The notes beneath the pieces are model-generated. The model saw only the letters and a program-made list of their open reading frames with translations, did no database searches and was not told the DNA's origin. 11,900 bases of DNA from an uncultured archaeon (GTDB taxonomy: Archaea; Asgardarchaeota; Lokiarchaeia; Sigyniarchaeales; SOKP01). The position numbers were made by a program, and so were the translations under genes. The stretch covers positions 1 to 11,900 of the forward strand of contig CAYUTF010000092.1 of assembly GCA_964447495.1 (NCBI GenBank), given 5' to 3'. Of the stretch, positions 1 to 7,952 are shown in pieces; positions within the stretch are counted from its first letter, which is position 1, and every line of letters starts with the position of its first letter.

Positions 1-313
1 AAGCAGTCATAAAAGCATCAGATGCTACATTCACACCAACATGTTTCATACACGCTACAGACCGAACATTAGCCATTGAACCTCCATATGCTACCTCAAA
101 GCCCACTTTTTCGTTTATACTCCATTCCAATTTAAGGTGAGGGTGGAATCGGGCCATTTCAGCCAACGTAGTTAAAATCTCAGACGAAGGTGTCCCTGGA
201 TATCCTGCAGCAATTTCCACGCCGGCTTCAAGAATTCCTCTAGCAAGGGCTTCATTTCCTAACAAAATTGCCTTTTCTCCGGGCAATTCTTCAGCATACT
301 TAGGTTTAATCAT
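1..313 (-). CDS. iorA: Indolepyruvate:ferredoxin oxidoreductase alpha subunit, N-terminal part (runs off the window start)
   Basis: Not in the ORF track; translated by hand from ATG at 313: [50 protein letters not shown]...[42 protein letters not shown]. It has the IorA motifs GNEAx[11 protein letters not shown], EWSxNEKV and MKHVGxNVAxD. An SD (GAGGTGA) lies upstream and the start overlaps the iorB stop (ATGATTAA). Confidence 0.95.
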   Translation of the reverse strand, partial: MIKPKYAEELPGEKAILLGNEALARGILEAGVEIAAGYPGTPSSEILTTLAEMARFHPHLKLEWSINEKVGFEVAYGGSMANVRSVACMKHVGVNVASDAFMTA

Positions 314-926
314 TTGCTTCACCTCTAATTAATTCTCCTTTCTCTATGCCTAAATCAAATGCGACTTTATTAATATCCCGGGTTTTTTTGGGAATAAAGT
401 TCATTATAGAATCAAAAATAATTTCCCTTTTGATAGGAATCTGGTTCATCCCTACAAGAACTCCTAACATAACTACATTCATAGCTCTTTGATTTCCTGC
501 TTTTAAAGCAAGATTATCTGCAGGGATAAAATGGATATTTTTAGAAACGGCACTTAAAAATTTGTGAATTTGATTCATAGTAGGATATTCTAATCCTTGT
601 TGATGAATCATTGGTGGAATTATTATTTTATTGTTAATCAAAAAGTGAGTTTGGGGTCCAGCATAATTGAAATTTCTTACAGCTTCACTTGCTTCAAACG
701 CTAAAAGCACATCTGCTTTACCTCGAGGAATTAGTGGACCTTCAATTTTACTTCCAAACCGTAAATAGGATGCAACACTTCCTCCTCTCTGAGCCATTCC
801 ATGAGTTTCTGCAGTTCTAACCTGATATCCTTCTTTCATAGCCGCCCAAGAAAGAATTTGAATAGATAAAATTACTCCTTGACCACCAACGCCTACATTG
901 AGTAAATTATAACTCTGGATTGTCAT
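306..926 (-). CDS. iorB: Indolepyruvate:ferredoxin oxidoreductase beta subunit
   Basis: 206 aa with [27 protein letters not shown] and NVVMLG motifs typical of IorB; overlaps the iorA start by 8 bp. Confidence 0.93.
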   Translation of the reverse strand: MTIQSYNLLNVGVGGQGVILSIQILSWAAMKEGYQVRTAETHGMAQRGGSVASYLRFGSKIEGPLIPRGKADVLLAFEASEAVRNFNYAGPQTHFLINNKIIIPPMIHQQGLEYPTMNQIHKFLSAVSKNIHFIPADNLALKAGNQRAMNVVMLGVLVGMNQIPIKREIIFDSIMNFIPKKTRDINKVAFDLGIEKGELIRGEAND

Positions 927-1214
927 AAGGAATCTTTCTAGGAAATATTCTTTTTAATAATATATATTTCTTATTAATTTCCATAATTTAATTATATTTT
1001 TCGTTATGTAGTATAATGGGAAGGGTATCCCATCAGAGTTGATTTAAGAAACTTAAATTCTGATAATAAACATTTGGAATTTTAAAGAGAACGCTTATAT
1101 ATAATGAAAGCTAATCTTAAAAATTACATAACCATATTTTGCTACTTTCTTAGTAAAAAAACTTTTATTAGAACTATATTTTAGTGAATTATAACTTCGA
1201 AGGAAAAAGTAAAA

Positions 1215-2747
1215 ATGAAAATTGCAATTATTGGATCTGGTTTAGCAGGGCTTACCGCAGCAGCATATTTAGTAAAGGAAGGACATGAAGTAAAGGTATT
1301 TGAGCAATTTGAAGAAATTGGGGGAGTTACAGCCACACTCCATAAAGATCAATATTCTTGGGACATTGGGCCTTTATTATTAGAAGGTTTTGCACCGCAT
1401 GAAAAGTTTGGAAAAATTCTTGTTGAATTAGGATTGACAAATAAAATTGATATAATCAATGATGATAGAGGCCAATCATTTCCAGATTTTCAAATATGGA
1501 AGCCAGAAGATTATAAAGGACCGTATTGGAGACGAGAGTATTTTAAAAAACTATTTCCATCAGAAAGCGAGGGACTCGATAAGTATTATAAATTCTATGA
1601 TCACATGATGGCTATTATGTATTTGGGAAATCAGTTACCCTTTGCTAAAGGTTTAAAAGCTAATACATTAAAATTAAAGATGCTATTCAAATTTATGAAA
1701 GTGAAAAAATTTAAAGATTGGAATGCTGGCCAAATAACAGATTACTTTTTTAAAGAACAAAAATTAAAAGCTATATATTTAGGAATCTTAGCAGATATGG
1801 TAGTCAGGCCCAGTCAATTTTTTGGCTTAGGTGTTCCCCTCTTTAATGTAGAAACGGCTTTTGACAAACGCATTCCAATAACCGCTAAATATGGCAAATT
1901 GCCTACATATCATTACATTAAAAATGGATGCGAGACATTAGTTAAAGCTTTAGCTGATTTCACTATATCTAATGGAGGAGAAATTCATACACGTAGCAAA
2001 ATAATTAAAATTATTATCGAAAACAATAAAGCAAAAGGTATAATGCTTGAAAATAATGAGATTATAGATGCAGATTTAGTTATTACCAGTGGTGGTGTTT
2101 TAAATACGTTCTTTAATCTTATAGGTCGTGAATATTTGCCTTCAGAATTAATATCGCTAATTGAAAAATTGCAATATATGGAATCCGTATTTTTTGTAAA
2201 CATAGGAATAGATTTTGATCCTTCTCCATACCAAAGGAAAGCATTATGCTATTATTATGGAACTTATGATATAGAAGGGGGAATAGACACATGTATTTCA
2301 GGGAGATATCATGAAGGAAAGGATGGATTTTTAATTTATATCCCGTCTATGCATTCACCTGAAATGGCTCCTCCTGGTAAACATGCAGTAACAGTATATA
2401 CAATTGCGCCTCATAAGTTAAATGAAGGAGATTGGACACAAAGGAAAGAAGAATACGCTGAAAAACTATTAATCGAAGCTGAAAAGTATATACCTGGGTT
2501 GAGAGCGCATATACAAACAAAAGTAGTTCTCACTCCTGATGATTTTACATCCCGAATAAATGTTGTTCGCCATAGTTTTGGAGGATTAGCACCTATTATT
2601 GGGCAAATAGGACCCTCACACCGGACTCCAATTAACAATTTGTGGTATATTGGAGCCTACAGTGAATCTGGGGGAGGAGTTGCTGGCACAGCTTTTGGAG
2701 CTCGAAATGCTGTAAATATGATTTTAAAGGAATTTAAAAATCAGTGA
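1215..2747 (+). CDS. Phytoene desaturase family / NAD(P)-FAD-dependent oxidoreductase, substrate unknown
   Basis: 510 aa. N-terminal Rossmann MKIAIIGSGLAGLTAA...VFE...GG, WDIGP, SMHSPEMAPPGKH, TPDDF, and C-terminal TPINNLWYIGA...GGGVAG, all typical of CrtI-like/COG1233 enzymes. Confidence 0.85.
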   Translation: MKIAIIGSGLAGLTAAAYLVKEGHEVKVFEQFEEIGGVTATLHKDQYSWDIGPLLLEGFAPHEKFGKILVELGLTNKIDIINDDRGQSFPDFQIWKPEDYKGPYWRREYFKKLFPSESEGLDKYYKFYDHMMAIMYLGNQLPFAKGLKANTLKLKMLFKFMKVKKFKDWNAGQITDYFFKEQKLKAIYLGILADMVVRPSQFFGLGVPLFNVETAFDKRIPITAKYGKLPTYHYIKNGCETLVKALADFTISNGGEIHTRSKIIKIIIENNKAKGIMLENNEIIDADLVITSGGVLNTFFNLIGREYLPSELISLIEKLQYMESVFFVNIGIDFDPSPYQRKALCYYYGTYDIEGGIDTCISGRYHEGKDGFLIYIPSMHSPEMAPPGKHAVTVYTIAPHKLNEGDWTQRKEEYAEKLLIEAEKYIPGLRAHIQTKVVLTPDDFTSRINVVRHSFGGLAPIIGQIGPSHRTPINNLWYIGAYSESGGGVAGTAFGARNAVNMILKEFKNQ

Positions 2748-3197
2748 TATGTCTTTGTTATTAAAACATATATATTTTAAATCCTAAATAGATTTACTTT
2801 ATATTCAATTACTTAAAATTCTTATTCATAATCTTCGATATCTCCTTCTTTTTAATATTATTTGTTAGATACGTTTTAAAATCCACTGGAAATTGTTTCA
2901 AGTCTCATTAAATCAAGGATCATTCCTTATTAAGATCTTAATAATTTGTCACTTTATTTTGATTTGTAACATTTCTATTCAAAATTTATTCAAAATTTGG
3001 GATGATATATTTCAACAAAATTGCATTATGTCCCATGAATTGTGAGAAAAAATTTTACTTTTAATTAAAATTATGAGCCAACTTAGCTTTTATTTTCTAA
3101 TTATTGATTATTACCTATAATAAAAAAAGATGCTAAATCAATTGCTTTCTATCATTCTATTTTATAGATTATTCAAATCCAACGTTTATTAAATTGA

Positions 3198-3212
3198 CGA
3201 AACATTTTTATA
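3198..3212 (+). promoter_or_regulatory. Archaeal BRE-TATA promoter with no downstream protein gene
   Basis: CGAAACA followed by TTTTTATA (3198-3212) matches the BRE plus TATA arrangement. The expected start site about 25-27 nt downstream (~3235) coincides with the 5' end of a hairpin. Confidence 0.6.
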
Positions 3213-3235
3213 GTGGGATGAACATATTATAGATT

Positions 3236-3354
3236 AGAAAATTTCGATTTTCTTTTTTGTAGTGGAATGTTTGTTTTTAGCCCATAATTTATTCCTCCAC
3301 GAATTGTTTGGACTTAAATTCCAATACATTCCATTACTTTTTCCTTTTTTTTTT
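3236..3354 (+). ncRNA. Candidate intergenic small RNA of about 120 nt with two stem-loops
   Basis: Hairpin 1 is AGAAAAU-UUCG-AUUUUCU (3236-3253). Hairpin 2 spans 3259-3337, with a 12-bp basal stem GUAGUGGAAUGU/ACAUUCCAUUAC, interrupted inner stems and a 10-nt loop AUUCCUCCAC. A promoter lies upstream and a U-tract downstream. Three G-U pairs favour the + strand. Confidence 0.6.
3338..3354 (+). terminator. Oligo-U terminator of the candidate sRNA
   Basis: TTTTTCCTTTTTTTTTT lies immediately 3' of the long hairpin. Confidence 0.55.
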
Positions 3355-3481
3355 AAAAGTTTGTTAATACATTTAATTTTTAATTCATTTAAGAAAAACT
3401 GCCCAATTTATGAAATAAGTTATTATAAGATGTTTTTCTAGGTATTGGGTTAATAATAGAGAAATAAACACTTAACAGTAA

Positions 3482-4678
3482 TTATTCTTCTTGTTTCATT
3501 TTTTTAATTTCCTCAATAAGTACAGGAATTACCTGATGAAGATCACCCACTATACCATAATGAGCAACATTAAATATAGGAGCATTTGGATCTTTATTAA
3601 TTGCGACGATTATTTCTGAGTTTTCCATTCCAACTAAATGTTGAATCGCTCCAGAAATTCCACATGCAATATATAGTTTTGGGGCAACAGTTTTTCCTGT
3701 TTGACCTACTTGGTGGTCCTGATCTAACCAATTTAATTCTATAGTTACTCTTGATCCTCCTAATTCTGCCCCTAATACATTTGCTAACTCCTCAACGATT
3801 TTAAATTTTTCTTTTGAGCCAACTCCTCTGCCTCCTGAAACTATAATTTCAGCATCTTCAAGGTTTGCTTTCTTTTTTTGCTTATCAATAATTTTAACGA
3901 TTTTAGTTACGGAATCTTTCTCCTCAAAATCCTTTACGATTTTAGTAACTTTAATGTCTTTTTTTGATACCTTAACGGCTTTAAATATTCCCGGCCTAAC
4001 AGTCGCCATTTGAGGTCTACTTGTGGGCGTTCTTATAGTGGCCATAATATTACCCCCAAATGTAGGGCGAGTTTGTAACAAATTACCTGTTTCTTCTTCA
4101 ATCTCTAATCCTGTACAATCTGCGGTTAGTCCTGCATTAAGCTTTTTAGCAATTCGCGGTGCAAAATCTCTCCCAGTCGGAGTAGCTCCTATTAGGATTA
4201 TCTCTGGTTTTCGTTCTTGTATTAATTCCGCTAACATGCTAACATACAAATCCGAATAATAATTTTTCAATAACGATGATTTAATATAAATAACCTCATC
4301 TGCACCATATTCAGCAAAATCCTTTAAGAGATTATCAAATCTATCACCTAACAAAACAAGGACTAAATTAACTTTTAGTTTATTCGCAAGTTCTCTCCCT
4401 CTCCCTAAGAGTTGATATGCAACTTTATGAATTACCCCTTTATAATGTTCAGCAATCACCCAGACTCCCTTATATTGTGTTTTATCAACCTTATCAATAT
4501 ATTCTTCTCGTTCTAAAGTTATAGCCTCCACAGGACAAGCATCTATACATGCACCACACAATGTACACTCTTCAGTAATAACTGCAATATTATCGATTAT
4601 TTCAATTCCTCCAAATGGACAATTTGCAACACAACTAGCACAGCCTGTACATAATTCATCATCAATAATAATGCTCAT
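3482..4678 (-). CDS. etfA: Electron transfer flavoprotein alpha subunit with N-terminal 2x[4Fe-4S] ferredoxin domain
   Basis: CTGCASCVANCP and CTLCGACIDACP precede an EtfA body (GLTADC, QTRPTFGGN, VSGGRG, QVGQTGKTVAP, ACGISGAIQH, AINKDPNAPIF). SD-like GAGGGAG lies upstream. Confidence 0.96.
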   Translation of the reverse strand: MSIIIDDELCTGCASCVANCPFGGIEIIDNIAVITEECTLCGACIDACPVEAITLEREEYIDKVDKTQYKGVWVIAEHYKGVIHKVAYQLLGRGRELANKLKVNLVLVLLGDRFDNLLKDFAEYGADEVIYIKSSLLKNYYSDLYVSMLAELIQERKPEIILIGATPTGRDFAPRIAKKLNAGLTADCTGLEIEEETGNLLQTRPTFGGNIMATIRTPTSRPQMATVRPGIFKAVKVSKKDIKVTKIVKDFEEKDSVTKIVKIIDKQKKKANLEDAEIIVSGGRGVGSKEKFKIVEELANVLGAELGGSRVTIELNWLDQDHQVGQTGKTVAPKLYIACGISGAIQHLVGMENSEIIVAINKDPNAPIFNVAHYGIVGDLHQVIPVLIEEIKKMKQEE

Positions 4679-4691
4679 TTTATTCTCCCTC

Positions 4692-5510
4692 TCATATAAT
4701 TTTATCTTCTCGAAGATTATTGCACAACTCTTGAGACATTTCTTCTATTGTTCCTTCAAGCTTAATGTGTTTGCCTTTACGTTGAGGTACAAAAATGCGC
4801 CATACTTCAGTTTGACTTCCGTTTAATCCGATCTCAGATTTATCTGCTCCGAGATCTTCTGCAGACAATGAAATTACCTGTTTTTTAGAATACGCATTAA
4901 CTATACCTTTAACTCCTGGATTTCTTGGCATATTCAATTCTTTAAGTACTGAAATTAATGCGGGTAATTTTGTTTCTATTATAACTACCTCATCTGACCT
5001 AAATGCACGTTCGACGAGTATCTTATTATTTTCCTTTAATTCAAATTTTAATACATAGGTTATTTGAGGAATATTTAATTCTTCTGCTAACTCGGGACCA
5101 ACTTGAGCAGTATCTCCATCAATAGCTTGTGTTCCGCAAATCACAATATAATCCTCATTCTTTTTTAAATCTCTTAATAGTTTCTTGATTCCTAAAGCTA
5201 ATGTATGAGACGTAGCTAATGTATCGGCTCCTGCAAATGCTCTATCAGTGAGTAAGTAAGCTTTGTCAGCACCCATAGCTAAAGCTTCTCTTAATGCTGT
5301 TTCTGCTTGAGGAGGGCCCATGCTAAGAGCTATCACTTCTCCGCTGTACTTTTGTCTTATTGAAATACCCAATTCGATTGCATGTTTATCATGAGGATTT
5401 ATTATTGAAGGTATACCTTCCCGTACTAGAGTGTTTGTTTTCGGGTCAATTTTTACTTCGGATACGCCTGGAACTTGCTTTATACACACAAAAATTTTCA
5501 CAATTAACAC
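4692..5510 (-). CDS. etfB: Electron transfer flavoprotein beta subunit (start is GTG 5510 or GTG 5501)
   Basis: VCIKQVP, INPHD, SMGP, DRAFAGADTLATS and GTQAIDGDTAQVGP motifs; ends 13 bp before etfA. Confidence 0.96.
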   Translation of the reverse strand: MLIVKIFVCIKQVPGVSEVKIDPKTNTLVREGIPSIINPHDKHAIELGISIRQKYSGEVIALSMGPPQAETALREALAMGADKAYLLTDRAFAGADTLATSHTLALGIKKLLRDLKKNEDYIVICGTQAIDGDTAQVGPELAEELNIPQITYVLKFELKENNKILVERAFRSDEVVIIETKLPALISVLKELNMPRNPGVKGIVNAYSKKQVISLSAEDLGADKSEIGLNGSQTEVWRIFVPQRKGKHIKLEGTIEEMSQELCNNLREDKII

Positions 5511-5635
5511 TTAGGAGAAATTTTTTACTACTATAAAATATTGAAACACTTTTAAACAATATAATTTTTTATTTTAAATAATTATACAAAAATTTCCAAA
5601 AGAAAAAATTAAGGAATTAAATCAAGATAGTTTAA

Positions 5636-6799
5636 TTATTTTTTTCTTAGCATATGATTAGCTATTACCATTCTTTGAATTTCACTTGTACCCTCATAAA
5701 TTTCTGCCACCTTAGCGTCTCGAAAATATCGTTCGACAGGGTATGATTTCATTAACCCATAGCCCCCATGAATCTGTACAGCTTGATGAGCGCCATACAT
5801 TGCTGCTTCTGATGCAACAAGTTTAGCCATTGAAGCGGACAATCCATAATCCATTTTTTTGTCACACATCCATGCTGCTTGATATACTAATAATCTAGAA
5901 GATTCTACAGCTGTGGTCATGTCCGCAATTTTCCATTGAATTCCTTGAAATCGCGCAATTTTAGTACCAAATTGTTCTCGTTCATTTGCATATTTTATAG
6001 ACGCCTCTAAACAAGCCTGAGCTAACCCAAGGCATTGAGCAGCTATCGTTATTCTTCCATAATCCAGAATTCGTAATCCTAGTTTAAATCCATTTCCGAG
6101 TCCTCCTAAAATATTTTCCTCAGGAACAGCAACATTATCAAATACCAATTCTGAAGTATTAGAAGCACGCACTCCTAATTTATCCTCTTTTACTCCAACG
6201 GAGTAACCGGGCGTATCTCTATCAACAATAAACACGGTTAATTCTTTTCTCTTTCCTTGTTGACCTGTTTTACCAACAACTAGCATAGTACTTGCAATTC
6301 CGCCATTAGTTGCAAATATCTTGCTTCCATTAAGTATATATTCATCTCCATCTTTTTCTGCAGTCAATTGTACACCTCCAGCATCTGAACCAGCATTGGC
6401 TTCAGTTAAGCAAAAAGCTCCAATCTTTTCGCCTTTTGCTAATGGAATAAGGAATCTTTTCTTTTGCTTCTCCGTTCCGTATTTATAAATAGGATAAGCA
6501 CAGACAGAACAATGAACGCCTGTTGTTATAGCCCAAGAAGCATCTACCCTTCCAATCTCCTCTGTAATTATGGTAAACGCAATAGTATCGTTATGCAATC
6601 CTGCTCCCCCATACTCTTCTGGAATACATGTTCCAAAATAGTTTAATTCTTTCATTTTCTCCATAACAGTAGGATTCAATTCTTGTTTGCGATCAGATTC
6701 TTCTGCTACTGGAGTAATATATTCTTCGGCAAATTCACGAGTAAGTTTTCGTATCATTTTTTGCTTTTCTGTTAACTCAAAATCCATACTAACCATCAA
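5636..6799 (-). CDS. Acyl-CoA dehydrogenase, short-chain/butyryl-CoA type (true start probably ATG 6796 or 6787)
   Basis: IPEEYGGAG, GAFCLTEANAGSDA, LNGSKIFATNG, KLGVRAS, GRITIAAQ, QIHGGYG and ERYFRDAK...IYEGTSEIQR (catalytic Glu); adjacent to etfBA. Confidence 0.95.
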   Translation of the reverse strand: MMVSMDFELTEKQKMIRKLTREFAEEYITPVAEESDRKQELNPTVMEKMKELNYFGTCIPEEYGGAGLHNDTIAFTIITEEIGRVDASWAITTGVHCSVCAYPIYKYGTEKQKKRFLIPLAKGEKIGAFCLTEANAGSDAGGVQLTAEKDGDEYILNGSKIFATNGGIASTMLVVGKTGQQGKRKELTVFIVDRDTPGYSVGVKEDKLGVRASNTSELVFDNVAVPEENILGGLGNGFKLGLRILDYGRITIAAQCLGLAQACLEASIKYANEREQFGTKIARFQGIQWKIADMTTAVESSRLLVYQAAWMCDKKMDYGLSASMAKLVASEAAMYGAHQAVQIHGGYGLMKSYPVERYFRDAKVAEIYEGTSEIQRMVIANHMLRKK

Positions 6800-6946
6800 A
6801 TCAAAACAAATTTCAGATACAAAATATAATTAAAACTACTTTAAAAGAATAAATGTTTTCATTCTATTGAATTATAATACCTTAAAAATAACTTCTTATA
6901 TCTGATTTGAAAAAGGAAATAAAAAAAAATTAAGAAGTTAAAAAAT

Positions 6947-7765
6947 TTAATTTGATATACTATAAGGCATCTCAGCATCCAGTTTTCGTGATAGTTTTTT
7001 AGGACCAGCATAGATGATAACAATGATTAAATAAATACCAATCATCACCCCCCCACCGATGTAAAATACCATTTGAGGAAGTAATCCGAATAACCCTGTA
7101 ATAAACGTGCCATTGAAGTTGAAGCTAAAATGGAAAATTATAGTAATGATTAAACTTCCTTTTGTATTGTTATATCCCCAAGTCATTAAAATAGAGATTA
7201 CAACTACAAGAAAGATAAAAATATAAAATGGGATTCGAGGCTCTATAAAATATAGTGGGATATGCCAACAAGCCCATATTATCCCCAGAAATATACTAGC
7301 AGTCAACGCATTGAATCTTGTTTGTAATCTTGGGAGTGCAAAACCACGCCATCCAGCTTCTTCACTAAGAGGACCCCTAAATAGAGTAAGAAATAGCTCA
7401 CTCAAGATTATTGGAATAGTCAAACCTACTACAGGTCCGGGTGTTGAACCTCCAATAAGAAGATAAATGGCTGCAAATATTAAAGGACCTATCATCAATA
7501 GAAATCCAGCAAAATACCATGAGATTCCTACCTTCCATATCAAAAACCTTTTTAATAATTTCTTAAGCTCTTGCCACCCTCCAATTAATCCAGAGATGAT
7601 AATTGCTGAAATTGTTGGACTCCAAATCATTATTATAAGCATGATTTCGGGAAGAATTCCAAAGATATAGATAATGATTGGTATAATCATTAACAAATAG
7701 CTCAAAACAAAGAAGGAACTAAGTGAAAACTTTTTTAATACTTCAGATAAATTCATGAATAACAT
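6947..7765 (-). CDS. CPBP family (Abi/Rce1, type II CAAX) intramembrane glutamic protease, copy 1 (likely start ATG 7756)
   Basis: Multi-TM protein with EEAGWRG, WACWH and HFSFN motifs. The 7756 start aligns with the paralog N-terminus and sits about 27 nt from a TATA box. Confidence 0.92.
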   Translation of the reverse strand: MLFMNLSEVLKKFSLSSFFVLSYLLMIIPIIIYIFGILPEIMLIIMIWSPTISAIIISGLIGGWQELKKLLKRFLIWKVGISWYFAGFLLMIGPLIFAAIYLLIGGSTPGPVVGLTIPIILSELFLTLFRGPLSEEAGWRGFALPRLQTRFNALTASIFLGIIWACWHIPLYFIEPRIPFYIFIFLVVVISILMTWGYNNTKGSLIITIIFHFSFNFNGTFITGLFGLLPQMVFYIGGGVMIGIYLIIVIIYAGPKKLSRKLDAEMPYSISN

Positions 7766-7824
7766 TGCATTTGATTTCTATTTATATCTGTTGGAGTCCG
7801 AATTTAGATACTTATATTAAAAAC

Positions 7825-7836
7825 AAAAAAAAAAAA
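7825..7836 (-). terminator. Oligo-T terminator of the FG-GAP gene
   Basis: A12 on the + strand (T12 on -) starts about 27 nt after the stop codon at 7863. Confidence 0.55.
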
Positions 7837-7862
7837 GAGTATTAAAAGTGATTTTGAATCTT

Positions 7863-7952
7863 CTATTTAAACTCCTTTTTATTTGCGAAAGCGACAGAAA
7901 TGATTGCTATCACACTCGTAATAATAACTATCAAGTTAGCATACCCCGGAAT
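7863..7952 (-). other. C-terminal protein-sorting signal (IPGY, TM helix, basic tail)
   Basis: IPGYANLIVIITSVIAIISVAFANKKEFK* has the tripartite motif/TM/basic layout of the PGF-CTERM and Loki-CTERM class. Confidence 0.8.

Noticed and set aside
1985-2638. ORF-track entries 1985..2203 (-) and 2411..2638 (-)
   Set aside because: They are antisense shadows wholly inside the well-supported oxidoreductase gene and have no motifs.
2865-2972. Minus-strand frame from ATG 2972 with three in-frame TGA codons, a possible selenoprotein or recoded ORF
   Set aside because: The read-through product is only 35 aa, has no redox motif and no identifiable SECIS, and all real genes here use the standard code, with TGA ending etfB and the oxidoreductase.
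3267-3287. Tiny + strand ORF MFVFSP* within the candidate sRNA
   Set aside because: It has no SD and its AUG is buried in the 12-bp stem; six codons are expected by chance.
3259-3337. The long hairpin as a tRNA, SECIS, C/D or H/ACA RNA, or simple bidirectional terminator
   Set aside because: It has no cloverleaf, T-loop, C/D boxes or K-turn GA tandem. It lies more than 500 bp from the + strand gene's stop, and the minus strand has no U-tract tied to etfA immediately after its stop that needs this stem; a terminator role for etfA is unlikely but not fully excluded.
7863-7895. Tail AFANKKEFK as an integrin-alpha GFFKR-like motif
   Set aside because: There is no real GFFKR match; it is the ordinary basic stop-transfer end of a CTERM signal.
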